A DNA stretch of 32,302 nt from Occultella glacieicola (GTDB lineage Bacteria > Actinomycetota > Actinomycetes > Actinomycetales > Beutenbergiaceae), in contig NZ_SMNA01000007.1 in NCBI RefSeq assembly GCF_004353825.1, positions 310,001-342,302 on the forward strand. Reading direction: 5' to 3'. Shown here piece by piece: positions 1 to 9,850 of the stretch. The stretch's first letter is position 1, and the number at the start of each line of letters is the position of its first letter. A model generated the notes under the pieces. It made no database searches. It was given only the letters and a program-made list of their open reading frames with translations, and was not told where the DNA came from. Made by a program: the position numbers and the translations under genes.

Positions 1-2
1 GC

Positions 3-1637
3 TGGCTTCGCCTGCACGTGCGCGTCGACGAACGCAGCGCCGGGTTCGTGGCCCTCGGCATCGCGCGGGTCCGGCCGGCCGCCGTGGTGACCACCTCCGG
101 CACGGCCGTGGCGAACCTCCACCCGGCGGTCCTCGAGGCGTCCCACTCGGGTGCGCCGCTGCTGGTGCTGTCCGCCGACCGTCCGCACGAGCTGCGCGGC
201 GTCGGTGCGAACCAGACCACGGACCAGGCGGACCTCTTCGGCTCCGCGCTGCGGTGGTCCGGCGAGATCCCGGCCGACGATGCCGTGCCCGCCCGGGGCG
301 TCCGGACCGCGGTGGTGCGGGCGGTCGCGGCCGCCCGCGGTCTCCGGTCCGCCCACCCCGGGCCGGTCCAGCTGAACGTCGCCTTCCGGGACCCGCTGGC
401 ACCGGGCGACGACTGGGTCCCCGGCCCACCGCCGACGACCAGCACCGAGCTCACCCCCGCCGCGGTGTCGGCGCCGACGGTCCTGGACCGCGGGCCCCGG
501 ACCGTGATCGTGGCCGGCGACGGCGCCGGTGCTGCGGCCGTCCGGCTCGCCGCGGTCAGTGGCTGGCCCGTGCTCGCCGAGCCGGGCTCGGGGGCCCGGC
601 ACACGGCCGCTGCGGTCTCCGGCTACCGGGTCCTGCTCGCCCACCCCGGGCTCGGGCCGCGCATCGAGCGGGTGGTCGTGCTCGGACGACCCACGCTGAG
701 CCGGCCCGTCTCGGCGCTCCTGGCCCGCACCGAACCGCGCGTCGTGGTCGTCGGCCCGGGGCCGGACTGGGTCGACGTGGCCGGCAACGCGGCCGCGGTC
801 CACGGCGCCGTCGACGTGGCGGGTGAGATCACGATCGACGAGCGCGCCTGGGCGGGCCGGTGGGCGCTGGCCTCGGCGGCCGCGGAGCGGGCGCTGGCCG
901 ACGATCCCACGAACGAGGCGGTCCCGACCGCCGAGCGGTCCGGCCCGATGGTTCCCGATCCGCTCGACGGTGCCCGGGTGGCACGGGCCGTGCTCGAGGC
1001 CGGCGGCACGGTGATGCTCGGTTCGTCGATGGCGATCCGGGACGCCGATCTGGCCGCGCCGGTCGGCGCCGGTGAGAACGCCGCCCGGGTGTTCGCCAAC
1101 CGGGGCCTGGCCGGCATCGACGGCACCATCTCCACCGCGACCGGGCTGGCCCTGGCCACCGGGTCGCCGGTGCGTGCGCTCATCGGGGACCTGACCTTCC
1201 AGCACGACGTCGGCGGGCTGGCCCGCGGCAGGCTCGAGCCGGAGGTGGACCTGCAGGTGATCGTGCTCAACGACGACGGCGGCTCCATCTTCGCCACCCT
1301 CGAACACGGCACCGCCGCCCACGCCGAGGACTTCGACCGGCTCTTCGGCACGCCCCAGGGCCTCGACCTCGGCGCACTTGCGGCGGGCTTCGGGGCTCGG
1401 CACCGGGTCGTCGCCACCTCCGCGGATCTCGCGGCGGCCCTCGCCGACCCCGGACGCGGCCGCAGCGTGGTGGAGGTGCGCCTGGACGGGGGCACCGCCC
1501 GGGCTCGTGCGCTCGCCCTGACCGGGCGGATCGGGGACGCCGTGGCCGCCGCGCTGGCGGACGCGGAACCGTCGACGAACTCCCAGGAAGCTCCCAGCCC
1601 GGGTCGAGGTGACCGCAAGGTCGATCGACTGAAGTAG
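3..1637 (+). CDS. menD: SEPHCHC synthase MenD (ThDP-dependent), 5'-truncated by the window edge
   Basis: Frame is open from position 3 (WLRLHVRVDERSAGF). MenD motifs: DERSAGF, TTSGTAVANL, ADRP, GANQT, ANRGLAGIDG, and the ThDP site GDLTF...NDDGG. Stop TAG 1635-1637. Sits among other men genes. Confidence 0.95.
   Translation, partial: WLRLHVRVDERSAGFVALGIARVRPAAVVTTSGTAVANLHPAVLEASHSGAPLLVLSADRPHELRGVGANQTTDQADLFGSALRWSGEIPADDAVPARGVRTAVVRAVAAARGLRSAHPGPVQLNVAFRDPLAPGDDWVPGPPPTTSTELTPAAVSAPTVLDRGPRTVIVAGDGAGAAAVRLAAVSGWPVLAEPGSGARHTAAAVSGYRVLLAHPGLGPRIERVVVLGRPTLSRPVSALLARTEPRVVVVGPGPDWVDVAGNAAAVHGAVDVAGEITIDERAWAGRWALASAAAERALADDPTNEAVPTAERSGPMVPDPLDGARVARAVLEAGGTVMLGSSMAIRDADLAAPVGAGENAARVFANRGLAGIDGTISTATGLALATGSPVRALIGDLTFQHDVGGLARGRLEPEVDLQVIVLNDDGGSIFATLEHGTAAHAEDFDRLFGTPQGLDLGALAAGFGARHRVVATSADLAAALADPGRGRSVVEVRLDGGTARARALALTGRIGDAVAAALADAEPSTNSQEAPSPGRGDRKVDRLK
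1581..1597 (+). promoter_or_regulatory. Candidate MprA/OmpR-family response-regulator box (TCCCAG-N5-TCCCAG) upstream of htrA
   Basis: Perfect hexamer direct repeat TCCCAG gaagc TCCCAG with 11-bp period, 66 bp before the htrA ATG. Resembles the mycobacterial MprA motif TCTCAG-N5-TCTCAG. Confidence 0.55.
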
Positions 1638-1663
1638 TGCTCACAACGATCTTGGAGGATCCG

Positions 1664-3031
1664 ATGAGCACACCGAACCCCGCGCCGGGCTGGGCGAACC
1701 CGCACAGCGACCGGCCGCACCCCGCGTCGGCTCCGGGCAGCCGGCCGGCGCCGGGCCCCGCGGCCCCGCAGGCCGGCGTGAACCACTCCTACCCCTACGC
1801 CGCCCACTCCAGCACCCCGGGGTCAGCGGCGGGCGCCACCACCGGCATCCCGGGACCGCAGCCCTACGGCGCCTCCGGCCCGACGCCCCAGCCCGCCACG
1901 TTCGGCCAGGGCTCCGGCTGGCAGACCCCGCCGCCCGCCCCGGCCAGGACCGCGAAGCGGCCCCGGACCTGGCTCGCGGTCACCGCGGCCGCCGTCCTGG
2001 CCGCGGGCCTCGCCAGCGGGGGCACGGCCGCCCTGCTCCAGAACGGGTCGGGACCCGGCACCCTCACCCAGGCCGACGCGCCGGTGACGGTGCCGGTGTC
2101 CGCTGACGGCTCACCCGACTGGGAGGCGGTCGCCGCACAGGTCCGCCCGAGCGTGGTGGCCATCACCTTCTCCTCCAGTGCCGGCAGCGGCGCCGGGTCC
2201 GGGGTCATCATCGACTCCGCCGGCCTGATCCTGACCAACAACCACGTGGTCGCCGACGCCCAGTCCCTGACCGTGACGCTGTCCGACGGCCGGCTGTACG
2301 AGGCGCGGATCGTCGGCACCGACCCGACCACCGACCTGGCGGTCATCGAGCTGACCGACCCGCCGAGCGATCTCGAGGCGGCGACCCTCGGCACCTCCGA
2401 CGACCTGGCCGTGGGCGAGTCGGTCATGGCCGTCGGGAACCCCCTCGGCCTGGACAGCACCGTCACCACCGGGATCATCTCGGCGCTGGACCGCCCGGTG
2501 AGTGCCTCCGGCGGTCAGGCCCAGGACACGGTCGTCACGAACGCGATCCAGATCGACGCCGCGGTCAACCCGGGCAACTCCGGTGGGCCGCTGTTCGACG
2601 AGTCCGGACGCGTCATCGGCATCACGTCCTCGATCGCCACCCTGAGCCAGTCCTCGGGCAGCATCGGACTGGGCTTCGCGATCCCGGTGGACCTGGCCAC
2701 GAACGTGGCCGACCAGCTCATCGAGAACGGCTCCGCCGAGCACGCCTACCTCGGTGTCTCCCTGACCGACGACACCGCGACCGCCGACGGGGTCACCCGG
2801 GCCGGGGCCGCGGTGGCGCAGGTCGGCGAGGGCACCCCGGCCGCGGAGGCGGGCCTGCGGGAGGGGGACGTCATAGTACAGATCGACGACCACGCGACCG
2901 GAGGGGCCGAGTCGCTGACCGGCTGGGTGCGCACCTACAACAGCGGCGACACCGTCACCCTGACCGTGATCCGCGGCGGCGAGTCGGTCGAGGTGGAGGT
3001 CACCCTGGCCAGCAGGGAAGCGGCCTCCTGA
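1664..3031 (+). CDS. htrA: Membrane-anchored HtrA/PepD-like trypsin-family serine protease with PDZ domain
   Basis: Pro-rich N-terminus, TM helix (WLAVTAAAVLAAGLASGG), catalytic triad motifs TNNHVV, DLAVI and GNSGGP, C-terminal PDZ (AYLGV...AEAGLREGDVI). Start chosen at ATG 1664 because of GGAGG at 1654-1658; GTG 1637 is the alternative. Confidence 0.93.
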   Translation: MSTPNPAPGWANPHSDRPHPASAPGSRPAPGPAAPQAGVNHSYPYAAHSSTPGSAAGATTGIPGPQPYGASGPTPQPATFGQGSGWQTPPPAPARTAKRPRTWLAVTAAAVLAAGLASGGTAALLQNGSGPGTLTQADAPVTVPVSADGSPDWEAVAAQVRPSVVAITFSSSAGSGAGSGVIIDSAGLILTNNHVVADAQSLTVTLSDGRLYEARIVGTDPTTDLAVIELTDPPSDLEAATLGTSDDLAVGESVMAVGNPLGLDSTVTTGIISALDRPVSASGGQAQDTVVTNAIQIDAAVNPGNSGGPLFDESGRVIGITSSIATLSQSSGSIGLGFAIPVDLATNVADQLIENGSAEHAYLGVSLTDDTATADGVTRAGAAVAQVGEGTPAAEAGLREGDVIVQIDDHATGGAESLTGWVRTYNSGDTVTLTVIRGGESVEVEVTLASREAAS

Positions 3032-3054
3032 GCTCGGTTCGTACCGTTCAGGAG
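3025..3054. terminator. Possible bidirectional hairpin between convergent htrA and the isochorismate synthase gene
   Basis: CTCCTGAG-CT-CGGT-tcgt-ACCG-TTCAGGAG: 8-bp plus 4-bp stem that includes both stop codons; no U-tract. Confidence 0.4.
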
Positions 3055-4346
3055 CGCAGGGCCGAGCGCATCGGCTCGAGCTTCGCGTCGGACTCGGCCA
3101 CCTCGTCGGCCGGGTCCGACGCGGCGACGATCCCGCAGCCGGCGAACAGCCGCAGTCCGCGTGAGTCCGCGTCCACCTCGGCGGACCGGAGCGCGATGCC
3201 CCACTCGCCGTCGCCGTCCGCACCGATCCAGCCGACCGGGCCCGCGTACCGGGCCCGGTCCATCTGCTCGTGGTCGGCGATGACCCGTGCGGCCACGTCC
3301 GTCGGGGTGCCGCACACGGCGGCGGTCGGGTGCAGCGCGGCCGCCACCGCCAGCGAACTCATCCCGGCGTGCGGTCCGTCGAGCACCGCGGTCACGTCGC
3401 TGGCCAGGTGCATCACGTTCGGCAGGTGCAGCACGAACGGGGCGTCCGGGGCGTTCGTGGACGCGACGAACGGCGCCAGCGACCTGGTCAGCGAGTCGAC
3501 GGCGAACTCGTGTTCCTCGAGGTCCTTCGACGATCGGGCCAGGGAGCCCGCCCGGGCCAGATCCGCCTCGTCGTCCCCGCTGCGCTGGATGGTTCCGGCG
3601 AGCACCCGGGACGAGATCAGGCCGCGCTCGCGGCGGACCAGCAGTTCCGGGGTGGCCCCGACCAGGCCGTCGACGGCGAAGGTCCAGCAGGAGCGGTAGT
3701 CGCGGCCGAGGTTCGCCAACAGCCGCCGGACGTCGAGCGGCCCGTCGAGCTCGGCCCGGACGTCGCGCGCCATCACGACCTTGCCGACGCCCGAACCGCG
3801 GATGAGGTCGATCACGGCGCCCACCTGGGCCCGCCACTGGCGGCGGCTCAGCGCACCGTCGTGGTAGTCCACGCGGGGTGCGTCCAGCAGTGGGACGGCA
3901 CGGGCGCGGATCTCGGCGATCGTGGGTGGGGGCACCAGGTCGGCGGCGGTGGTGATGGTCGTGACCCAGGCGGTGTCGCCGCGTCGGCCGACCACGACCT
4001 CCGGCACCACCAGCGCGCCCCCGGCGGGCGAGTCCGGGGCGAAGGAGAAGGAGCCGAACGCGATCGCGCCGGTGCCGGGCAGCCCCACCTCGTCGCGGAC
4101 CACCATGTGCTCGGTCAGGTCCCGCCAAGCCGCATCGGCCGTCGCGAACCGGTCCTCGCCGCCGGTCGTGATCCGGGCGGCCTCGCCCCAGCCGATGACG
4201 CCCTCGCCCCGCCGCACCCAGGCGGCCGCGCCGTGGGCTCGCGGCGCGGGCAGCAGGGTGAGGAGGTCCGGGAGACCGCCGGCAGGGACGGCGACCGTGC
4301 GCGCCACGAGTGTGGTGCTGGCGGTCCTGGGGGCTGCGTCGGTCAT
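3048..4346 (-). CDS. menF: Isochorismate synthase (chorismate-binding MST family), probably the menaquinone-pathway MenF
   Basis: Motifs [57 protein letters not shown]. Start placed at ATG 4346 (or GTG 4349) just after a TAGGCT -10, not at the 4418 start given by the ORF track. Confidence 0.88.
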   Translation of the reverse strand: MTDAAPRTASTTLVARTVAVPAGGLPDLLTLLPAPRAHGAAAWVRRGEGVIGWGEAARITTGGEDRFATADAAWRDLTEHMVVRDEVGLPGTGAIAFGSFSFAPDSPAGGALVVPEVVVGRRGDTAWVTTITTAADLVPPPTIAEIRARAVPLLDAPRVDYHDGALSRRQWRAQVGAVIDLIRGSGVGKVVMARDVRAELDGPLDVRRLLANLGRDYRSCWTFAVDGLVGATPELLVRRERGLISSRVLAGTIQRSGDDEADLARAGSLARSSKDLEEHEFAVDSLTRSLAPFVASTNAPDAPFVLHLPNVMHLASDVTAVLDGPHAGMSSLAVAAALHPTAAVCGTPTDVAARVIADHEQMDRARYAGPVGWIGADGDGEWGIALRSAEVDADSRGLRLFAGCGIVAASDPADEVAESDAKLEPMRSALRS

Positions 4347-4354
4347 CACCGGAG

Positions 4355-4360
4355 AGCCTA
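4355..4360 (-). promoter_or_regulatory. Putative -10 element (TAGGCT) for a leaderless or near-leaderless menF transcript
   Basis: TANNNT hexamer 5 nt upstream of GTG 4349 and 8 nt upstream of ATG 4346; no Shine-Dalgarno visible. Confidence 0.5.
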
Positions 4361-4505
4361 TCGACGCCGCGCGGCGTCGCAGGTCCAGGGGCGGGCCCGG
4401 CCCCGTGATCCGCGTCACGGCTCCCCGGGGTCCTCCGGGACCATCGGTACCCCGGGAGGGCCGTCACCGTGTCACACGTGTCACCGTGGACGCCCGGCCG
4501 TGCGC

Positions 4506-4511
4506 CATGAT
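4506..4511 (+). promoter_or_regulatory. Putative -10 element (CATGAT) for leaderless menG
   Basis: CATGAT-ggagcc-ATG: a 6-nt spacer typical of actinobacterial leaderless genes. The GGAG is too close to the ATG to be a normal RBS. Confidence 0.4.
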
Positions 4512-4517
4512 GGAGCC

Positions 4518-5231
4518 ATGTCACGCGCCAGCCTGGACAAGGACCCCCGCGAGGTCGCGGGGATGTTCGACGACGTCGCCCGCAAGTACGACGTCACCAA
4601 TGACGTGCTCTCGCTGGGGATGGACCGGCTCTGGCGGACCGCCACGCTGACCGCCACGTCCGCGCGTCCGGGCGAGCGCGTCCTCGATCTCGCCGCCGGG
4701 ACCGGCACCTCGAGCGAGGACTACGCGGATGCGGGTATCGAGGTCGTGCCGTGCGACTTCTCGGCCGGCATGGTTGCCGTGGGCAAGCGCCGACGTCCGG
4801 ACCTGGCGTTCGTGGTCGGCGACGCGATGGCGCTCCCGTTCGCCCCGGACAGCTTCGACGTGGTCACCATCTCGTTCGGGCTGCGCAACGTCGCGGACAC
4901 CGTCGCCGGGCTCGCGGAGATGTTCCGGGTGACCCGCCCGGGTGGCCGGATCGTGATCTGCGAGTTCTCCACCCCGCCGAACGAGGTCTGGCGGGGGATA
5001 TACGACCTGTACCGCGACCGTGTCCTGCCCCGGGTCGCGGCCCTGGTGAGCTCGAACACGGAGGCGTACTCCTACCTGTCCGAGTCGATCGCGAGCTGGC
5101 CGGACCAGGTGCGCCTCGCGGAACTGATGCAGTCGGTGGGCTGGCGTTCGGTCGGCTACCGGAACCTGACCGGAGGCATTGTCGCCCTGCACCGGGCGAC
5201 CAAGCCGGGCCGCGCCGGCCGAGCGAATTAG
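4518..5231 (+). CDS. menG: Demethylmenaquinone methyltransferase (UbiE/MenG)
   Basis: [37 protein letters not shown] motif [38 protein letters not shown]. The real start is ATG 4518; the upstream part of ORF 3270..5231 is antisense to menF. Confidence 0.95.
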   Translation: MSRASLDKDPREVAGMFDDVARKYDVTNDVLSLGMDRLWRTATLTATSARPGERVLDLAAGTGTSSEDYADAGIEVVPCDFSAGMVAVGKRRRPDLAFVVGDAMALPFAPDSFDVVTISFGLRNVADTVAGLAEMFRVTRPGGRIVICEFSTPPNEVWRGIYDLYRDRVLPRVAALVSSNTEAYSYLSESIASWPDQVRLAELMQSVGWRSVGYRNLTGGIVALHRATKPGRAGRAN

Positions 5232-5246
5232 GACAGCCTCACGTCC
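5228..5246. promoter_or_regulatory. Weaker DtxR/IdeR-like iron box overlapping the menG stop codon
   Basis: TTAGGACAGCCTCACGTCC matches 13 of 19 positions of TWAGGTWAGSCTWACCTWA (counted by eye). Confidence 0.4.
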
Positions 5247-5274
5247 CGTAAATCGCGCAGAAATCCGCCACTTT

Positions 5275-5293
5275 CGAGGTGAGGGTCACCTAA
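5275..5293. promoter_or_regulatory. DtxR/IdeR-like iron box upstream of menJ-nuo
   Basis: CGAGGTGAGGGTCACCTAA matches 14 of 19 consensus positions, with a perfect inner dyad AGGTGA-N3-TCACCT, in an intergenic region. Confidence 0.65.
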
Positions 5294-5458
5294 CCGGAAC
5301 CATGGTCGAGTCGGGGGTAGCCTAGGCGCGTGACCGGCCGTGCTTGCCGGAGCCGCCCCCCGAGAATCCGTGCCCGGACCGCTACCGGTGCTCGATTCGA
5401 AGGATGTCGCGCCCGGCAATAGGGTGGCGGTGAGTACACGAGTCAGGATGGGAAACAG

Positions 5459-6775
5459 GTGGACAGCGTGGGACACGCACCAGGTGATGATGCGGATGTC
5501 ATCGTCGTCGGTGCCGGACCCGCCGGCGCGGCTGCGGCGCACTACCTGGCCGCGGCGGGCCGCGAGGTCCTCCTCCTCGAGAAGGCCACCTTCCCCCGGG
5601 ACAAGATCTGCGGCGACGGGTTGACCCCGCGCGCCGTCTCCGAACTCGTCAGGATGGGTGTACCCACCCATGCCGAGGACGGCTGGATCCGGAACAAGGG
5701 GCTGCGCGTGATCGGCGGCGGCCACACCATCCACCTGCCCTGGCCCGAGATCGAGCGGTACCCGAACTACGGCCTGGTCAAGTCCCGGATGGACCTGGAC
5801 GCCACCCTCGCCCACCACGCCCGCGCGACCGGGGCGAAACTGATGGAGGGGACGAACGTGACCGGGCCGGTGGTCGACGAGCGCACCGGCCGGGTGGTCG
5901 GCGTCACGGCCCGCCAGGTCGACCCGAACGGCCGCCGGATCACCGGCGAGCCGGGCACCGAGCGCACCCTGCGTGCCCCGGTCGTGATCGCGGCCGACGG
6001 CGTCTCCGCGCGCCTGGCCACCTCGCTCGGGATCGCCAAGAGCGACAACCGGCCGATGGGGGTCGCGGTCCGGACCTACTTCAGGACTCCCCGCCACGAC
6101 GACGAGTGGATGGAGTCGCAACTCGAGTTGTGGGACGGCGAGGCCGGCCGGTCGAACCTGCTGCCCGGGTACGGCTGGATCTTCGCGCTCGGCAACGGCC
6201 TCGCGAACGTCGGGCTCGGTTCCGTCAGCTCCACCGCCAAGGCGACCCAGCTGGACTACAAGGCCCTGATGGCCGCCTGGATGCGCAACGCGCCGCCGGA
6301 GTGGGAGTTCACCCCGGAGAACCAGGTCGGTCCGGTCCGTGGCGCGGCCCTGCCGATGGCGTTCAACCGCAAACCCCACTACACCCGCGGCCTGATGCTC
6401 GTCGGCGACGCGGGCGGCATGGTGTCCCCGTTCAACGGCGAGGGCATCGCGTACGCGCTGCAGGCCGGCCGGGTCGCCGCGGACGTGGTCGGCCAGGCCC
6501 TCGCCCGCACCTCCGACGTCGCCCGGGAGCGCACCCTGGCCACCTACCCGGGCCGCATGAGCGACGAGCTCGGTGGCTACTTCACCCTCGGTCGCCAGTT
6601 CGTCAAGCTCATCGAGCGACCCGCCGTGATGCGTGTCTGCACGAAGTACGGCCTGCCCCGGCCGCTGCTCATGAAGTTCGTGCTGAAGCTGCTCTCGGAC
6701 AGTTACGACACCCGCGGCGGCGACGCCATGGACCGCATCATCACCACTCTGACCCGCATCGTCCCGGCCGCCTGA
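5459..6775 (+). CDS. menJ: Geranylgeranyl-reductase-family FAD oxidoreductase, probably menaquinone side-chain reductase MenJ
   Basis: Rossmann motif VIVVGAGPAG, FPRDKICGDGLTPRAV, PGYGWIF, LVGDAGGMVSPFNGEGI; next to menG. Start is GTG 5459 or 5468. Confidence 0.85.
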   Translation: MDSVGHAPGDDADVIVVGAGPAGAAAAHYLAAAGREVLLLEKATFPRDKICGDGLTPRAVSELVRMGVPTHAEDGWIRNKGLRVIGGGHTIHLPWPEIERYPNYGLVKSRMDLDATLAHHARATGAKLMEGTNVTGPVVDERTGRVVGVTARQVDPNGRRITGEPGTERTLRAPVVIAADGVSARLATSLGIAKSDNRPMGVAVRTYFRTPRHDDEWMESQLELWDGEAGRSNLLPGYGWIFALGNGLANVGLGSVSSTAKATQLDYKALMAAWMRNAPPEWEFTPENQVGPVRGAALPMAFNRKPHYTRGLMLVGDAGGMVSPFNGEGIAYALQAGRVAADVVGQALARTSDVARERTLATYPGRMSDELGGYFTLGRQFVKLIERPAVMRVCTKYGLPRPLLMKFVLKLLSDSYDTRGGDAMDRIITTLTRIVPAA

Positions 6776-6792
6776 GCGGGAGAGGAAGAGAC

Positions 6793-7155
6793 ATGACCAA
6801 CCCGTACATCCCGTTGCTGATCATGGGCGGGCTCGCCCTGCTGCTCGGGGTCGGTGGCCTGGCGGCGAGCGCCGTCATCGGGCCGAAGCGCTACAACAAG
6901 ATCAAGGTGGACGCCTACGAGTGCGGCATCCAGCCCTCGCCGCACTCGATCGGCGCCGGCCGGTTCCCGATCAAGTACTACATCGTGGCGATGACCTTCA
7001 TCATCTTCGACATCGAGGTGGTCTTCCTGTACCCGTGGGCCGTGAGTTTCGCCGAGCTCGCCGGGTTCGGTCTGATCGCCATGTTTGGCTTCCTGTTCCT
7101 GATCACCGTGCCGTTCGTCTACGAATGGCGCCGTGGCGGCCTGGACTGGGACTGA
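6793..7155 (+). CDS. nuoA: NADH-quinone oxidoreductase subunit A
   Basis: YECG, RFPIKYY, FIIFDIEVVFLYPWAV, YEWRRGGLDWD; GAGG upstream of ATG 6793 (C-terminal part of ORF 6106..7155). Confidence 0.96.
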   Translation: MTNPYIPLLIMGGLALLLGVGGLAASAVIGPKRYNKIKVDAYECGIQPSPHSIGAGRFPIKYYIVAMTFIIFDIEVVFLYPWAVSFAELAGFGLIAMFGFLFLITVPFVYEWRRGGLDWD

Positions 7156-7170
7156 GAGAGGACGTAGATC

Positions 7171-7728
7171 ATGGGACTCGAAGAGAAGCTGCCCTCCGGA
7201 TTCGTGCTGGGCAAGGTCGAGGATCTGGTCGGCTGGGTCCGGTCGTCCTCGATGTGGCCGGTCACCATGGGCCTGGCCTGTTGCGCGATCGAGATGATGG
7301 CCGCCGGCACCCCCCGGTTCGACCTCGCCCGGTTCGGCATGGAGGTGTTCCGGGCCTCGCCGCGTCAGGCGGACCTGATGATCGTGTCCGGCCGGGTCAG
7401 CCACAAGATGGCGCCGGTGCTGCGGACCGTCTACGACCAGATGTCGGACCCGAAGTGGGTCATCTCGATGGGGGTGTGTGCGTCCTCTGGCGGCATGTTC
7501 AACAACTACGCGATCGTCCAGGGCGTGGATCACGTCCTGCCCGTCGACGTGTACCTGCCCGGCTGCCCGCCCCGCCCCGAGATGCTCATCAACGCGATCC
7601 TCGAACTGCACAAGCAGGTCATCAAGGGGGCGCCGCTCGGTGAGCACCGTGCCGAGATCAACCGCGCCGTCGAGGCCGCCGCGCTGAACGCCGTCCCGAC
7701 GCAGGAGATGAAGGGGCTGCTCGCATGA
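7171..7728 (+). CDS. nuoB: NADH-quinone oxidoreductase subunit B
   Basis: [35 protein letters not shown] (cluster N2 ligands). Confidence 0.97.
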   Translation: MGLEEKLPSGFVLGKVEDLVGWVRSSSMWPVTMGLACCAIEMMAAGTPRFDLARFGMEVFRASPRQADLMIVSGRVSHKMAPVLRTVYDQMSDPKWVISMGVCASSGGMFNNYAIVQGVDHVLPVDVYLPGCPPRPEMLINAILELHKQVIKGAPLGEHRAEINRAVEAAALNAVPTQEMKGLLA

Positions 7729-8492
7729 GCGGAACCACCGGCGCCGGAGACGAGCCCGTCATGGACCCGGCCCTCGAGGCGCAGGAGGCCGGCTCCCAGC
7801 ACCTCGTCCAGCCGCCGCGGGGGACCGCGCCGCTGGACATCATCGACGTCCGCAAGGGCATGTTCGGCGTGGACGGCTCCGGTGACACGTCCGGCTTCGG
7901 CGGGCTGGAGCGCACGATCGCCCTGCCCGGACCGACGGAACGGCCCTACGGCGGCTACTTCGACGAGGTCGCGGACATCCTCGCCGAGGTCCTCGGTGAG
8001 GCCGGTGTGGCCTACGACGACGCCGTCGAGAAGGTCGTCGTCTTCCGCGACGAGATGACCCTGTACATCGCCCGCGAGCACCTGCCGGTCGTGGCCAGAT
8101 CCCTGCGCGACGACCAGGACCTGCGGTTCGAACTGTGCCTGGGCGTCAGCGGCGTCCACTACCCCGCGGACGCCGGGCGCGAACTGCACGCGGTGTACCC
8201 GCTCTTCTCGGTGACCCACAACCGGACCATCCGGCTGGAGGTCGCCGTCGCGGACGCGGACCCGCACATCCCGAGCCTGGTGGACATCTACCCCGCCAAC
8301 AACTGGCACGAGCGCGAGACCTGGGACTTCTTCGGCATCGTCTTCGACGGTCACCCCAGCCTGTCCCGGATCGAGATGCCGGACGACTGGCCCGGTCACC
8401 CGCAGCGCAAGGACTACCCGCTGGGTGGGATCCCGGTGGAATACAAGGGCGCAACCGTACCTGCGCCCGATGAGCGGAGGGCCTACAACTGA
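7725..8492 (+). CDS. nuoC: NADH-quinone oxidoreductase subunit C
   Basis: [44 protein letters not shown] overlap with nuoB. Confidence 0.96.
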   Translation: MSGTTGAGDEPVMDPALEAQEAGSQHLVQPPRGTAPLDIIDVRKGMFGVDGSGDTSGFGGLERTIALPGPTERPYGGYFDEVADILAEVLGEAGVAYDDAVEKVVVFRDEMTLYIAREHLPVVARSLRDDQDLRFELCLGVSGVHYPADAGRELHAVYPLFSVTHNRTIRLEVAVADADPHIPSLVDIYPANNWHERETWDFFGIVFDGHPSLSRIEMPDDWPGHPQRKDYPLGGIPVEYKGATVPAPDERRAYN

Positions 8493-9850
8493 TGGCTGCC
8501 ACCTTCCCGTCAGCAACGCGCGGCGCCGGCCCGGCCGGTACCGAGGGCGTCCACGAGTTCACCGCCGCCGGCGGTGACTGGGACGAGATCAGTGCCGAGG
8601 CCGAACGCCTCGGCGACGAACGCATCGTCATCAACATGGGCCCGCAGCACCCGTCCACGCACGGCGTGCTCCGCATCGTCCTGGAGATCGAGGGCGAGAC
8701 GGTCACCGAGGCCCGGGCCGGCATCGGGTTCCTGCACACCGGCATCGAGAAGAACATGGAGTACCGCACCTGGACCCAGGGCGTGACGTTCTGCACCCGC
8801 ATGGACTACGTCGCCCCGCTGTTCCAGGAGGCCGGGTACTGCCTCGCCGTCGAGAAGCTCCTCGGCATCACCGACGACCTGCCCGAGCGGGCCACCCTGA
8901 TCCGCGTGCTGATGATGGAGCTCAACCGGATCAGCTCGCACATCGTGGCGATCGGGACCGGCGGCAACGAGCTCGGCGCCACCACGATGATGACGATCGC
9001 GTTCCGTGAGCGCGAGGAGATCCTGCGGATCTTCGAGGCGATCACCGGTCTGCGGATGAACCACGCCTACATCCGCCCGGGCGGTGTGGCCCAGGACCTC
9101 GCGCCCGGGACCACCCAGATGATCCGGGACGCGATCCCGAAGATCCGGGACGGGATCGGCGAGCTCGAGAAGCTCACGCTCGCGAACCCGATCTTCATCG
9201 GCCGTCAGAAGGGCGTCGGCATCCTGCCCCTGGCCGGGGCGATGGCCCTGGGCACCGCGGGGCCCATGCTGCGCTCGGCCGGGGTGCCGTTCGACCTGCG
9301 TCGGGCCCAGCCGTACTGCGGCTACGAGACCTACGACTTCGACGTGATCACGGACACCGGCGCGGACGCCTACGCCCGCGTGGTGGTCCGGTTCAAGGAG
9401 ATGCGCGAGTCGCTGAAGATCGTCCAGCAGGTGCTGGACCGCCTCGAGGCCCAGGACCGCAAGGGCAAGCAGCCGGTGATGGTCGCGGACAAGAAGATCG
9501 CCTGGCCCGCGCAGCTGTCTGTCGGCAGCGACGGGCAGGGCAACTCCCTCGACCACATCCGCCAGATCATGGGCACCTCGATGGAGGCCCTGATCCACCA
9601 CTTCAAGCTGGTCACCGAGGGCTTCCGGGTGCCGGCCGGCCAGGTCTACCAGCAGATCGAGCACCCGAAGGGGATCCTCGGCGTGCACCTGGTCTCCGAC
9701 GGCGGCACCCGGCCCTACCGGGTGCACTTCCGGGACCCGTCCTTCAACAATCTGCAGTCACTGTCGATCCTCTGCGAGGGCGGCACCATCGCCGACGTGG
9801 TGATCTCGGTCGCCTCGATCGACCCGGTCCTGGGAGGGGTGGACCGCTGA
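8492..9850 (+). CDS. nuoD: NADH-quinone oxidoreductase subunit D
   Basis: [26 protein letters not shown]-terminal [14 protein letters not shown] overlap with nuoC. Confidence 0.97.
   Translation: MAATFPSATRGAGPAGTEGVHEFTAAGGDWDEISAEAERLGDERIVINMGPQHPSTHGVLRIVLEIEGETVTEARAGIGFLHTGIEKNMEYRTWTQGVTFCTRMDYVAPLFQEAGYCLAVEKLLGITDDLPERATLIRVLMMELNRISSHIVAIGTGGNELGATTMMTIAFREREEILRIFEAITGLRMNHAYIRPGGVAQDLAPGTTQMIRDAIPKIRDGIGELEKLTLANPIFIGRQKGVGILPLAGAMALGTAGPMLRSAGVPFDLRRAQPYCGYETYDFDVITDTGADAYARVVVRFKEMRESLKIVQQVLDRLEAQDRKGKQPVMVADKKIAWPAQLSVGSDGQGNSLDHIRQIMGTSMEALIHHFKLVTEGFRVPAGQVYQQIEHPKGILGVHLVSDGGTRPYRVHFRDPSFNNLQSLSILCEGGTIADVVISVASIDPVLGGVDR

Noticed and set aside
1565..1600. SigE/SigH-type promoter (GGAAC...GTT) for htrA
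   Set aside because: GGAAC occurs at 1565-1569 but no GTT follows at the expected 16-18 nt spacing.
3270..4517. Apparent ~416-aa N-terminal extension of MenG
   Set aside because: Antisense to the isochorismate synthase gene; MenG similarity begins at MSRASLDK (4518).
5330..5422. 30-codon ORF (MTGRACRSRPPR...) 6 nt after TAGCCT, in frame with menJ and separated from it by one TAG
   Set aside because: Could be a leaderless leader peptide or readthrough, but codon use is atypical, there is no attenuator-like amino-acid run, and such ORFs arise by chance at this GC content. Ribosome profiling would be needed.
5232..5458. Rex operator (TTGTGAA-N4-TTCACAA) or CRP site upstream of nuo
   Set aside because: No adequate match was found by eye.
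6106..6792. Apparent N-terminal extension of NuoA (349-aa ORF)
   Set aside because: Alternative frame inside menJ; NuoA begins at ATG 6793 with its own RBS.
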